DNA from: Phycisphaerae bacterium
GTDB taxonomy: Bacteria > Planctomycetota > Phycisphaerae > UBA1845
Direction of reading: 5' to 3'
Length of the DNA stretch: 64,000 nt
Assembly (NCBI GenBank): GCA_024102815.1
Contig: JAGFJJ010000069.1
Span: forward strand, 14,950-78,949
Shown here: positions 9,377 through 18,796 of the stretch, piece by piece
How the letters are laid out: every line of letters starts with the position of its first letter
How positions within the stretch are numbered: the stretch's first letter is position 1
The notes under the pieces: generated by a model
Told to the model about the DNA's origin: nothing
Seen by the model: only the letters and a program-made list of their open reading frames with translations
The model's database searches: none
Made by a program: the position numbers and the translations under genes

Positions 9377-9657
9377 GCCGTCGCTGTGGTGCGGAATCCG
9401 ATACCAGTCTTGCCCCGACCAATCGAAGCGTCAATCCTCTTTCGACCATTTTGCGGACCACGAGCAGCCCGGGGGGCCGGATTCCGCGGGAGTGCCACGC
9501 GGAAGGTTCCCTCGCACAAAAGGCGCCGTCCGCGGATGCTCCCGCTTCGCTCCGCGGGACCGCCATCCGCCCCGTCTTTTCATTGACGGTTACCGGACGA
9601 CTTCTTACCATCTTCACGCGGGTATTCAGGTGTATTCAGGAAGGAAAGGTGAGCGTA

Positions 9658-10152
9658 ATGATGATCTCCGAGGCGATGAACGCCCGACTTAACCGTCAAG
9701 TCAGCATGGAATTTGCAGCTTCGCACAAGTATCTGGCCATGGCCTGCGCGTTCGATGCCATGGGATTCAAGATTCTCTCCAAGCGCTTCCGCCTTCAGGC
9801 TGACGAGGAACGCGACCACGCCATGAAGATTCTCGATTACGTGCTGGAAGTCAACGGCCGGGCCGATCTCGAGCAGGTTCCCAAGCCGTCGGGGAAGTAC
9901 GAGTCCGTTGAGCAGATTGTGAAGACGGCTCTCGAAAGTGAGCTTGAAGTCACGCGCAGCATCAACGAGATCGTCGCTCAGGCTGAGTCGGAGAAGGATT
10001 TCGCCACGCGTAGCTTTCTCCACTGGTTCGTCGACGAGCAGGTCGAGGAAGTGGCCAGCATGACGGAATTGCTCGATCTCGTGAAGCTTGCCGGTCCGAA
10101 CATCCTGCTCGTCGAGACGCGCGTGTTCCATCAGATGCAGGCCGGCAAGTAG
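9658..10152 (+). CDS. ftn: Ferritin (non-heme, Ftn-like)
   Basis: MMISEAMNARLNRQVSMEFAASHKYLAMA...EERDHAMKILDYV...FLHWFVDEQVEE is a ferritin-like four-helix diiron fold. ATG 9658 is preceded by GGAAAGGTGAGCG. The longer track ORF from 9343 is a non-coding 5' extension. Confidence 0.8.
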   Translation: MMISEAMNARLNRQVSMEFAASHKYLAMACAFDAMGFKILSKRFRLQADEERDHAMKILDYVLEVNGRADLEQVPKPSGKYESVEQIVKTALESELEVTRSINEIVAQAESEKDFATRSFLHWFVDEQVEEVASMTELLDLVKLAGPNILLVETRVFHQMQAGK

Positions 10153-10194
10153 CGGCCGTCGCGCGATAGTCAGCAATGGCAGAGAGCAATCATC

Positions 10195-11244
10195 ATGAAC
10201 CAGCCGATTGACCTGCGCAGCGACACCGTCACCCGTCCGTCCGCGGCCATGCGCCGTGCCATGGCGGAAGCCGAAGTGGGGGACGACGTCTTCGGCGACG
10301 ATCCCACCGTCAATCGGCTTCAGGACATGGCCGCATCGCTGCTCGGCAAAGAGGCGGCCCTGTACGTCCCTTCTGGTTCGATGGCGAACCAGTCGGCGAT
10401 CCGTGCTCAAACGCAGCCCGGTGACGAGATCGTCGCCCACCAGGACAGTCATATCTACCATTACGAGGCTGGGGCGCCATCGGGTCTTTCCGGCTGCTCG
10501 CTGCGACTGCTGAACGGCGATCGAGGTCTATTCACGGCCGATGACGTGCGCGCCGCGGTGCGTCCGCCGGATTCCCACTATCCGCGGTCCGCCCTCATCG
10601 TTGTTGAGAACACGCACAACCGGGGGGGCGGAAGCATCTGGTCGATCGAGGAAATCGCTCGAATTCGCGCGGTCGCCGACGAAAACGATCTTCGCATGCA
10701 TCTCGACGGAGCGCGCCTGATGAATGCGTGCGTCGTCCGCGGGGTGAAGCCGACCGAGTACACCCGCTATTTCGACACGGTTTCTACCTGTTTTTCCAAG
10801 GGGCTCGGCGCCCCGGTCGGCTCCGTTATAGCTGGTTCCAGTGAGGTCGTTCGCCGTATTCACCGCTTCCGGAAAATGTTCGGGGGCGGCATGCGCCAGG
10901 CGGGAATTATCGCCGCGGGCGCGCTCTATGCCTTGCAGAATAACATCGAGCGCCTCGCCGAAGACCACGCCAACGCCCGCCGCTTGGCCGAAGCACTGGC
11001 CGAAATGCGACATTTGAAATGCGACCTGGACGCGGTCGAAACCAACATCGTCTACTTCAATGTCGATCCCGATTACGGTACGGCCAAGTCGGTTTGCGAG
11101 TCTTTCAAGGCTGCCGGAGTATGGCTGCTGCCCGTTGCGCCGCAGCGCGTGCGTGCGGTGACCCATCTCGACGTGTCTTCGGCCGACATCGAATCAGCCA
11201 TCAAGTTGATCCACGCCTGCCTGCGCGAGCCGTTGCCGGCCTGA
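10195..11244 (+). CDS. ltaE: Low-specificity L-threonine aldolase
   Basis: N-terminal [13 protein letters not shown] region SGSMANQ, and [11 protein letters not shown] (Schiff-base Lys region) are classic threonine aldolase motifs. 349 aa. Confidence 0.85.
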   Translation: MNQPIDLRSDTVTRPSAAMRRAMAEAEVGDDVFGDDPTVNRLQDMAASLLGKEAALYVPSGSMANQSAIRAQTQPGDEIVAHQDSHIYHYEAGAPSGLSGCSLRLLNGDRGLFTADDVRAAVRPPDSHYPRSALIVVENTHNRGGGSIWSIEEIARIRAVADENDLRMHLDGARLMNACVVRGVKPTEYTRYFDTVSTCFSKGLGAPVGSVIAGSSEVVRRIHRFRKMFGGGMRQAGIIAAGALYALQNNIERLAEDHANARRLAEALAEMRHLKCDLDAVETNIVYFNVDPDYGTAKSVCESFKAAGVWLLPVAPQRVRAVTHLDVSSADIESAIKLIHACLREPLPA

Positions 11245-11261
11245 TTCCGGGTGTGTCGTGC

Positions 11262-11287
11262 GCCCTCCGTTCTTTTTTCGCGAGGGC
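11262..11287. terminator. Candidate bidirectional hairpin between convergent ltaE and the 11298..12263 gene
   Basis: GCCCTC (11262-11267) pairs with GAGGGC (11282-11287) around a T-rich loop (cgttcttttttcgc); lies between convergent genes. Weak (T-run is in the loop, not after the stem). Confidence 0.25.
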
Positions 11288-11297
11288 TTGATTCTCA

Positions 11298-12263
11298 TCA
11301 GTCGTCTCGGAGCTCGGCCAACGCCTCCATCTCCACAAGCAGGTCCGGCCGGCACATTTCGGCAGCAATCCACTCGATGGATACCGTGGAGCCTGCATGC
11401 TCGCCGCACCAATCCTGGACGACTTGAAAATCGGCTTGGGGGGCCACGTATACCCGCAAGTGCGTAATCTCCGGGGGAATGAAGTCGACATCGTCGCCCG
11501 CGCGTTCGGCAATGATACTCGTGGGAGGAAGCGCGCCGATGGCGAGGCGCGCTCGGGCCGCCTCGATCACGGCGCCCAGATTGCGCACCGACTCCGCAGC
11601 CTGCGCGACGGCATTCCCCGCGTGCCGGGTCTCCTCTCCGATGACACTGGCCGTGCCGCCAATCAGCAATGGATGCGGCCCGCCACCCGATTCCTCAACC
11701 AGCGTTCCCCGCGCAAAACAGGGCGGCCGATCGCCGAATCGCGATGAATAGTGCCAGGAGTCTTTCTGGCGAACGTTGCCAAAATGGACTCCCGGCCGGT
11801 CGCGAGCGAGGAGAGCCAAGACCAGTTCATCGCCAAAGTGCCCGACACCGGTCGAAGTCGGCACCTGCGATGCGAACGACTCCGCGGTTCCGAAGTGACT
11901 CAAGAACGCCTGATGCCGTCCCGAATTGAACGCCGCGTACCGTGTCGCGAATTCGCCCACAGGATCGAAAATGCCCGGAAGAAACGCCCAGAACCGTACG
12001 GGGTGCTTTGCGGGAAAACGCGAAACGCGTTCCAGCAGCGTTTCGTAGGCACGCCGTGTCGCATCGCGGAACGCATTTCCCGGCAGCGATCGGGCGCCAC
12101 GGATGATCGCCTTCTGCAGCGTCGCCCGGGCGGCCGTGCCAATGGACACCTCGATGTCGGAGCCGGTGCCGAACTGCGGCCGCAGCTCGCTCAGACCCAG
12201 TTCGAATACCCAAGGCGGAAGCGGCGGGGCGACAGCTCCGGTGTTTGAATTCGGCACGGACAT
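11298..12263 (-). CDS. Conserved hypothetical protein (possibly RidA/YjgF-like C-terminal fold, chorismatase-type architecture; unverified)
   Basis: 321-aa ORF with coding-like composition; C-terminal LLIGGTASVIGEETRHAGNAVAQAAESVRNLGAVIEAA is reminiscent of RidA-like folds, but I cannot confirm the family from sequence alone. Confidence 0.4.
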   Translation of the reverse strand: MSVPNSNTGAVAPPLPPWVFELGLSELRPQFGTGSDIEVSIGTAARATLQKAIIRGARSLPGNAFRDATRRAYETLLERVSRFPAKHPVRFWAFLPGIFDPVGEFATRYAAFNSGRHQAFLSHFGTAESFASQVPTSTGVGHFGDELVLALLARDRPGVHFGNVRQKDSWHYSSRFGDRPPCFARGTLVEESGGGPHPLLIGGTASVIGEETRHAGNAVAQAAESVRNLGAVIEAARARLAIGALPPTSIIAERAGDDVDFIPPEITHLRVYVAPQADFQVVQDWCGEHAGSTVSIEWIAAEMCRPDLLVEMEALAELRDD

Positions 12264-12378
12264 GCACCACTTGCTTACTGGCGCGACATCGGACGACTCG
12301 ATCCACGTTTATCGATCGAATCTTCCCCTGCTGCATGATTGTAGCAGGCGCCGGCATGGTTTCCGGAAACCGCTGCTT

Positions 12379-13703
12379 TTATGAGACGTGATGTCCCGCC
12401 CGGGAGTCAAGACCGAGCATCGACTTGCGGAATCGCATCGCAAGGTTCTCAGCCAGAGCCATCGGATTGTAGCTGGAATCCGCGATGATCCCGTGAAGCC
12501 TGCGCCGCTGCATTCCCATGTTCCCCGCGTCATAGATCGGAAAACACAACGCATCACGCATGTGCCGCTCCAAGGGGTAATCGCGCAGATAACTGTTGAC
12601 ACCCATGAGCCGCATGGCATCGTTCAGGGCCGAGACGGCCAATTCCCCGTTGAAAATCTTGGACAGCGCCGCGGCTTCCTGGCCTTCACCGTCATGGCAA
12701 TCAAGGTAATGGGCCGCTCTCCAGGAAAGATACCGAGCGGCTTCGATCTTCATCTTGATGTTGGCCAACATGTAGCCCACATTCTGATGATGGATGATCG
12801 GGTGGGTTCCGCCGCCGGTGTAGTTTCGCGACCACTCGAGCACGTATTGGAACGCCGCCCGCATGACTCCGACGGCGGCAATTCCCGCCACCGGACCGCT
12901 CCACGTGAATGCCTTGGTGAGGCAGAGGTCGCCGTTCCCCTTGCTGCCCGGGAGGAGGTTACAGGCCGGAATCCGGCAATGGTCGAAAAGCAGTTCGGGC
13001 TGAACTGTTGTGCGGTGGCCCAGCGTGTCAAGGATGCCGGTGGTCTCGAATCCCTTCGTGCCACGCGGGACAATGAACGCGGAGAGTCCGCGCGTCCCCC
13101 CAGACTCGGGATCCGTCCGCGCGATCACCACGCAGACATCGGCTCCGCGCCGATCCCAGCCGCACCCGTTGGTGTTCCACATCTTCCGACCGTTCAGGAC
13201 GTACTCGTCGTTGGCCTTGTCGTAAGTCGCGGTAACGTTGATGCCGGCCGGCAGGGGCCCATCGCCGTCGAAATTGGCCGTCCCGGAGGGTTCACTCACG
13301 ATCCACCCGCCGATGAACGTCTTCTCCGGATCACTTGTTGCAGCCCGCAGCCACTGATCCCGCTGCTCGTCGCTGCCGTACCAGAGGATGGGAAGCAGGG
13401 TCAGCCCGTTGACCAGCAGCGTGCATCCGAATCCAGGATCGACCGCGCAGATTTCCTCGGCCACGATCTGGTAGTCGACGTTCGAGGCCCCGATGCCCCC
13501 GTACGCGCGCGGCACGAACGCCATCGCCAGCCCCAGTTCGTACGCCCGCTTGTACACGGGCTTCGTCGCCAGGAACCCCTCCCAGGGGTTCGCCAATCGG
13601 TCGGCCTGTTCCACGACCGGCCGCAGCTCCTTCTCTGCGAACAGTCGCGCAACGCGCTGCATCTCGCGCTGTTCGTCCGAAAGCGTGAAATCGATGCCCA
13701 TGT
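12379..13703 (-). CDS. Acyl-CoA dehydrogenase family protein
   Basis: Start at MGIDFTLSDEQ (ATG 13701-13703) preceded by GGAGGTGGAG. FAD/substrate motifs GGWIVSEPSGTANFDG, catalytic-region YDAGNMGMQRRRL. The track N-terminal extension to 13860 was rejected. Confidence 0.8.
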
Positions 13704-13912
13704 CTCCACCTCCTGCCGTGGGTCTGCCAAGAGTCAATTCGGTTTTTGTCCTTAATAATAATCGCTCGGCAGGGGGCGTACCAGAAGGCGCCGTAATTCG
13801 AACCGAGTTGCCAGGAGTGGGCGTTGCGAGCCGTGTCCATGCGCGCAAAAAAACGGGCAACCCCGATGGAGGGATTGCCCGCAGTCATTCGAAAGTCGAA
13901 TCCTGTCGCGGA

Positions 13913-14602
13913 CTACTTCTTGCGATTCCGCGAACGAACTACCAGAGCCAGCGCTCCGACGCCCAGCAGACCGAGCGTCGCCGGCTCGGGAACGATGGCT
14001 CCCGAAGCCAACGTCGTGGCACCACTGAAGCTCTGCGCCACGCCCTGGCCATCCGTGAACCAGTTGCCGAAGCCCAGTACGACGCTCGCCCCCATATAGG
14101 GAGGCGCCGACGGGAAAGTCATCGAGAATCCCGCACCCGAGTTTCCGTCGAACGTGCCGTCGGTCGACGAGTTCGTCGGTATCACATTGGTCAGCAGGCC
14201 GTTGAAGGTCGCTGATCCGCCCGTGTTCGTCCACGTGCCCATGATCGTGGCGGTGAACGTATCACCGTCAATATCCGTCAGCGTCAGTGAGCCGCTGCCG
14301 TTGGCACTCATGCTCGTAACGGCGGAAAGGTTCATGCTCAGACCAAACGCCGCCGCCCCCGGGAAACCGGAAGCAGGCACCGTTCCGGCGAACAAGGCGT
14401 TGCCCGACGGTGCGATGATGCGCGAAACGTTTCCGTTGGCATCCGCGTCATCCACGGCCGTGAAGAGCAGCGATCCGGAATTGAAGCCGCCATCCAGATT
14501 GCCGTAGTTGAAAGACAAGAAATCAACCGCGGCCGCGCTCGAGCTCATCACGCCCAGGAAACACAGGGCCAATACACAATTGCTGATCTTCCGGTACAGC
14601 AT
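13913..14602 (-). CDS. PEP-CTERM sorting-domain protein (secreted, exosortase substrate)
   Basis: C-terminus VPEPATLGLLGVGALALVVRSRNRKK = PEP motif + TM helix + basic tail. N-terminal signal peptide MLYRKISNCVLALCFLGVMSSSAAA; Gly/Ser/Thr-rich body. Confidence 0.7.
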   Translation of the reverse strand: MLYRKISNCVLALCFLGVMSSSAAAVDFLSFNYGNLDGGFNSGSLLFTAVDDADANGNVSRIIAPSGNALFAGTVPASGFPGAAAFGLSMNLSAVTSMSANGSGSLTLTDIDGDTFTATIMGTWTNTGGSATFNGLLTNVIPTNSSTDGTFDGNSGAGFSMTFPSAPPYMGASVVLGFGNWFTDGQGVAQSFSGATTLASGAIVPEPATLGLLGVGALALVVRSRNRKK

Positions 14603-14751
14603 GCTATTCCTACCTCCGGGAACCCCCATTAGTACGGGGCGGACACCCCAAAACTACAGTCCGCCCGCGTTGTAGATAGACTACCCCTTCCCGCGCATTA
14701 TAGCCCGCCCGGGATGTCCCCGCCAGCGCCGGCGCCCGTTTTTCGGATATT

Positions 14752-15975
14752 TCATTGATGACTCGGAGAAATCTTTTCGGTTCTCAATGTACTGTTCGAC
14801 CCGATTTCGGACATTGGAGCGCCGCCTCCCTGGGACCGGGAATAGGCCTTTTCCAGCTGCTCCACCATTCTTCGCCAGTCGAACTCGTGGAGGCAAAGCG
14901 AACGGCCGCGCCGTCCGAACTCGCGGCGCCGCTGCGGGTTATCGGCAAGTCGAACGACCGCATCGGCCAGCGCTGAGACATCGCCCAGCGGAACGACCCA
15001 CCCGGTCTCGCCCTCGCGGATGACCTCGGGCGCACCGTCGATATCGAACGCAACGGCGGGTACTTCAAGCAACAGAGCCTGGACCACCGCCCGGGGAAGT
15101 CCTTCCCAACGGGAGGCATGAACGAGCAGATCAAAACCGGCTATCAGCCCTGGGATCTCCTCAGGGCGGACCAGCCCCAGGATGCGGACCCGATCCCGTA
15201 GGCCGAGATCCGCAAGCCGGCGCTCATAGACGGGCCGGTTCCGCCCATCCCCGACCCAGACGAATCGGGCCGCCGGATGTCGGGCGACAATGCTCGGCAT
15301 CGCCTCGATCAACTCCTCATAGCCCTTGTTGTCGAACAGGCGGGCAACGGTGCCGATGACAGTGGCTTCTTCGACGAGCCCCCAGGAAGCCCGAACGTGG
15401 CGCCGGGTTTCTTCGCTCGGCATGTATCGTTCGGTTTCGATTCCGGATCGCACGGTAATGAACTTCTCGGCCGGGCCGAGTCCGGCGGCCACCGCCTGTT
15501 GCCTCATGGCATCCGCCACGCAGATAAACACGTCGGTTTTCCGCGCCGCACGTTTCTCCAGCATGCGGTAGAAACGCTGAACCAGGGGCGATTGCGTCCG
15601 ATTGAAGCTCATTCCATGAATCGTGTGCAGGACAAGCGGAACGCCCGCGCCGTGAGCCGCGTCGCGACCGAGTATGCCGGCCTTGCTGCTGTGTGTGTGC
15701 ACGACATCCGGGTTGATGCCCTTTAGAAGTCGCCGGATGTCGCTTCGTGCTCGCCAATCGCGGAGCGGTCGAACGGCGCGGCGAAGACTGCCTAGAATCA
15801 CCGTTCGGAACCCCACCGCTTGGGCTTGCTCCCAAAGCGATCCTTCCGGTCCGGTCTCCGGCCCCGATAACAGAATGACCTCGTGGCCGCGCTCGTGGAG
15901 TCCACGACAGGTCAGCAGGGTGTTCTCCTGGGCGCCGCCGACGATCATTCGCGTGATGATGTGACAGATCTTCAT
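14752..15975 (-). CDS. Glycosyltransferase family 4 (GT-B, RfaB-like)
   Basis: MKICHIITRMIVGGAQE N-terminus and the E..E motif region LLVHASRWEGLPRAVVQALLLEVPAVAFDIDGAPEVI are typical GT4. Confidence 0.8.
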   Translation of the reverse strand: MKICHIITRMIVGGAQENTLLTCRGLHERGHEVILLSGPETGPEGSLWEQAQAVGFRTVILGSLRRAVRPLRDWRARSDIRRLLKGINPDVVHTHSSKAGILGRDAAHGAGVPLVLHTIHGMSFNRTQSPLVQRFYRMLEKRAARKTDVFICVADAMRQQAVAAGLGPAEKFITVRSGIETERYMPSEETRRHVRASWGLVEEATVIGTVARLFDNKGYEELIEAMPSIVARHPAARFVWVGDGRNRPVYERRLADLGLRDRVRILGLVRPEEIPGLIAGFDLLVHASRWEGLPRAVVQALLLEVPAVAFDIDGAPEVIREGETGWVVPLGDVSALADAVVRLADNPQRRREFGRRGRSLCLHEFDWRRMVEQLEKAYSRSQGGGAPMSEIGSNSTLRTEKISPSHQ

Positions 15976-16853
15976 TCGTCGACCGGATTGTTCTCGGGGG
16001 GATTTGCCGCGCCCGCGGCGCCCGGCGTTCCGGATTGGAGTTCAACCGAGGCCGGCTCCGACGCGCCACCCAATCCCGCCGGACGCAGTACTTCAGCCGG
16101 ATACCGGACCCACATCAAACCCAGTCCCTGTGGCGGGGCCGTTGCTCCCGCCTTCGTCCGATCCCGGCTGGAGAGAATCTGCGATACGTCGTCGGCGTCC
16201 CACCGGCCACGCGCTACCTCGAGCAGCGTTCCGACCATGGTCCGGACCTGCTTATAGAGGAATCCGTCGCCTTCGACACTAACCCGGATTTCGTCACGAT
16301 GCTGCTCGATCTCGCAGCGAAAAACCGTGCGCACCATCGTCTGGCGAACAGTGCTGAGCGGGGTCATGGCACTGAAATCGTGGGTGCCCACGAACTGACG
16401 GGCCGCGCCGGCCATGCGTCCCACGTCCACGGGGTGCCAGATCACGGTCACGAACCGTTGGTTGTCCCGGCCGGAGGGCTTTCGATCCGCGGGCAGAATC
16501 CGGTAACGGTAGAGTTTGGAAATCGCGGCGAATCCAGGGTGAAATGCCGGGGAGACCTCGAGTGCGTCCAGGACGGTAACGTCAGGGGGTAGTCGGCTCT
16601 GCATCGCCCGGCGGAGGCGCTCGCAATCGATCGTGCTGGTCGTCAGAAAACTATCGACGTGCCCGAGGGCGTGAACGCCAGCGTCCGTGCGTCCGCTACC
16701 GATCAGGGTCACCGGGTGACGGACGACCGACTGTGCGGCAGATTGCAGTTCCGCCTGCACGGTGCGCTGCCCGTCCTGATGCTGCCAGCCGTGGAAATCA
16801 GTTCCGTCGTAGGCTACCCAGAGGCAGATATTGCGCGCCCCGGAATTTCTCAT
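15972..16853 (-). CDS. truA: tRNA pseudouridine(38-40) synthase
   Basis: MRNSGARNICLWVAYDGTDFHGWQHQ...LIGSGRTDAGVHALGHV contains the catalytic Asp in RTDAGVHA. Start chosen at the Met 14 aa before YDG. Confidence 0.8.
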   Translation of the reverse strand: MRNSGARNICLWVAYDGTDFHGWQHQDGQRTVQAELQSAAQSVVRHPVTLIGSGRTDAGVHALGHVDSFLTTSTIDCERLRRAMQSRLPPDVTVLDALEVSPAFHPGFAAISKLYRYRILPADRKPSGRDNQRFVTVIWHPVDVGRMAGAARQFVGTHDFSAMTPLSTVRQTMVRTVFRCEIEQHRDEIRVSVEGDGFLYKQVRTMVGTLLEVARGRWDADDVSQILSSRDRTKAGATAPPQGLGLMWVRYPAEVLRPAGLGGASEPASVELQSGTPGAAGAANPPENNPVDE

Positions 16854-16948
16854 CCGGCCGATGGTACGCCGCGCTTCGCCTGCTTCGCAAGGCGGCATGT
16901 TCCAGTACTGAAATCAGCCCCGGGTTCGGTCGTGGCCGATTCGCAATA

Positions 16949-17728
16949 TCAGGCGACCAGCTCCTCGCAGAGGGATCCGCCGAACCGGTGGCGGAGCCTG
17001 GTGAGGATCTCCTTGTGGATCTGGCTGACGCGGGACTCCGAGAGGTTCAGCACCGCGCCGATCTCGGCCATGGTCATGTCTTCGAAGTAGTAGAGGATCA
17101 GCACGAGCCGTTCTTCCCGCGCCAGACCGCGAGTGAGATGGTCGGCGAGGATCTCCCGGGTGACGGGCGACGCCGGGTCTTCGCTGCGTGGATCGCGCGT
17201 GTCCCAGGAGTGGCCGGTTCCCTCGTGACGATGGTCGTCACTGGGTTCCATGGCGCTGAAATGAACTTCCTTGCCCAGTTGGGACAGGCGGCAGAGATAA
17301 TCGAATCGATCGACGGTCATCCGCATGCGGGCGGCGAGGTCCGCCTGCGACGGGGCGTGATCCAGGTCCGTTCCAAGCGCTTCCTTGACCATGAGGCGTC
17401 GCTTTTCGAACGTGCGGACGGTCCGGCTTTGCGGGTCCAGGCTGCGAAGCCAGTCCATCACGGCTCCGGATATACGCTGCTGGCAGAATGTCTCGAACTT
17501 GGCCTTACGCTCCGGATCGTAGGCTTCGACCGCCTCGATCAATCCGTCGAAAGCGGCACTGCAAATTTCGTCGTAGGACACTTGTGCGGGAAGCTTGCGG
17601 GCCAGCCGGGCGGCATGCGTATGAACCAGGTGGCTGTAATAGACGACGAGTTGATTGCGGAGTTCGACATCCCGATCCTTGAGGTACTTCTTCCAGAGCA
17701 TTTCCACCGACATCTCTGCCTTGAGCAT
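16949..17728 (-). CDS. RNA polymerase sigma factor, FliA/WhiG (sigma-28) family
   Basis: Region 2 (LVVYYSHLVHTHAARLARK, YDEICSAAFDGLIEAVEAYDP, FETFCQQRISGAVMDWLR) and region 4.2 (LILYYFEDMTMAEIGAVLNLSESRVSQIHKEILTRLR) match FliA/SigD. Confidence 0.7.
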   Translation of the reverse strand: MLKAEMSVEMLWKKYLKDRDVELRNQLVVYYSHLVHTHAARLARKLPAQVSYDEICSAAFDGLIEAVEAYDPERKAKFETFCQQRISGAVMDWLRSLDPQSRTVRTFEKRRLMVKEALGTDLDHAPSQADLAARMRMTVDRFDYLCRLSQLGKEVHFSAMEPSDDHRHEGTGHSWDTRDPRSEDPASPVTREILADHLTRGLAREERLVLILYYFEDMTMAEIGAVLNLSESRVSQIHKEILTRLRHRFGGSLCEELVA

Positions 17729-18067
17729 TCGCTCGTCCTCCGAATTGAACAGGATCAGCCAGTTTCGACGATTGGGGTGACCGCTTCCCCATCCGCTGGA
17801 CAACGTGCTCGACGACACGCCGCCCGAAAAGCATCTGAATTCAGGCAGCAGGACACGTATCGTCCTTAGTTATCCATTTTCTCCAGTCTACCCATTATGT
17901 CAATATGATTTTTCCCATATTTCCGCTCCCGGCATCTCGACTGGATCGAAATTGGGCGCAGAAGCGCAGTTTCGGCCGCGCACGAAGGCTGAGCGAGCCC
18001 CAGTCGGTGGGCCGGCGGTGGCGGCTTTTGGTTATCAGTCCCTGGGGAGGGCAAGGAGGCTTTGGAC

Positions 18068-18790
18068 TCAGGCGGTCGCGGCAGAAACCTGCGGGGCTTG
18101 TTGGCCGGATCGACGTTCGTCGCTCAAAACCGAGCCGTCGCGGAACCAGATGGTTCGGTCGCAACGGGCGGCCACATCCGGCTCGTGTGTCACCATGATG
18201 ACGGTTCGTCCCTCGGCATGGAGGCGGTCGAAGACGGAGAGGATCATCTCTCCCGTCTGGGAATCGAGGTTCCCGGTCGGCTCATCGGCGAGAATGATCA
18301 GCGGATCGTTGATGAGCGACCGAGCGATGGCCGCACGCTGCTGCTGTCCTCCGGACAGCTCCATCGGGCGATGGTGGCCTCGCTCCCCGAGTCCGACCAT
18401 CTCGATAAGCTCTTCTGCCTTCTGGCGACGTACAGCCGGCGGTGAACCCTGGTAAAACAGCGGAACTTCCAGATTCTCCAGGACCGTCAACTGCGGAATG
18501 AGATTGAAGTTCTGGAATACGAAGCCGATATGCCGGCCACGAATGTCTGAGAGCTCGTCATCGTCAAGCTGCGAGACGTCGGTGTCGCCAAGAAAGTACT
18601 GGCCGGAAGTGGGGCGGTCGAGACATCCGAGCAGATTCAGCAGCGTGCTCTTGCCGGAGCCGCTCTGTCCACAGATGGCCACCGACTCGCCCTCCACGAA
18701 ATCGATGTCGATGCCGCGCAGGGCATGGACGCTGACCTTGCCGCCGGGTGTGCCGTAGACCTTCGTGAGCTTTCTGACGGAAGCAATCAT
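18068..18790 (-). CDS. ABC transporter ATP-binding protein (MacB/LolD/FtsE-like)
   Basis: Walker A GQSGSGKST, signature LSGGQQQRAAIARSL, Walker B ILADEPTGNLD, H-loop VTHE. Confidence 0.85.
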   Translation of the reverse strand: MIASVRKLTKVYGTPGGKVSVHALRGIDIDFVEGESVAICGQSGSGKSTLLNLLGCLDRPTSGQYFLGDTDVSQLDDDELSDIRGRHIGFVFQNFNLIPQLTVLENLEVPLFYQGSPPAVRRQKAEELIEMVGLGERGHHRPMELSGGQQQRAAIARSLINDPLIILADEPTGNLDSQTGEMILSVFDRLHAEGRTVIMVTHEPDVAARCDRTIWFRDGSVLSDERRSGQQAPQVSAATA

Positions 18791-18796
18791 GCGGTC

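Noticed and set aside
9343-9657. 5' extension of the ferritin ORF (track start 9343)
   Set aside because: The upstream 105 codons are Arg/Pro/Ser-rich and precede a strong RBS + ATG at 9658, where ferritin homology begins. The true start is 9658.
12388-13755. 455-aa plus-strand ORF antisense to the acyl-CoA dehydrogenase
   Set aside because: ACAD motifs and an RBS-supported start are on the minus strand.
12379-13860. N-terminal extension of the acyl-CoA dehydrogenase (track start 13860) and the similar extension of aminotransferase 40968..42428
   Set aside because: Homology starts at internal Met codons preceded by RBS-like sequence (13701-13703 and 42144-42146). The upstream residues are non-coding-like.
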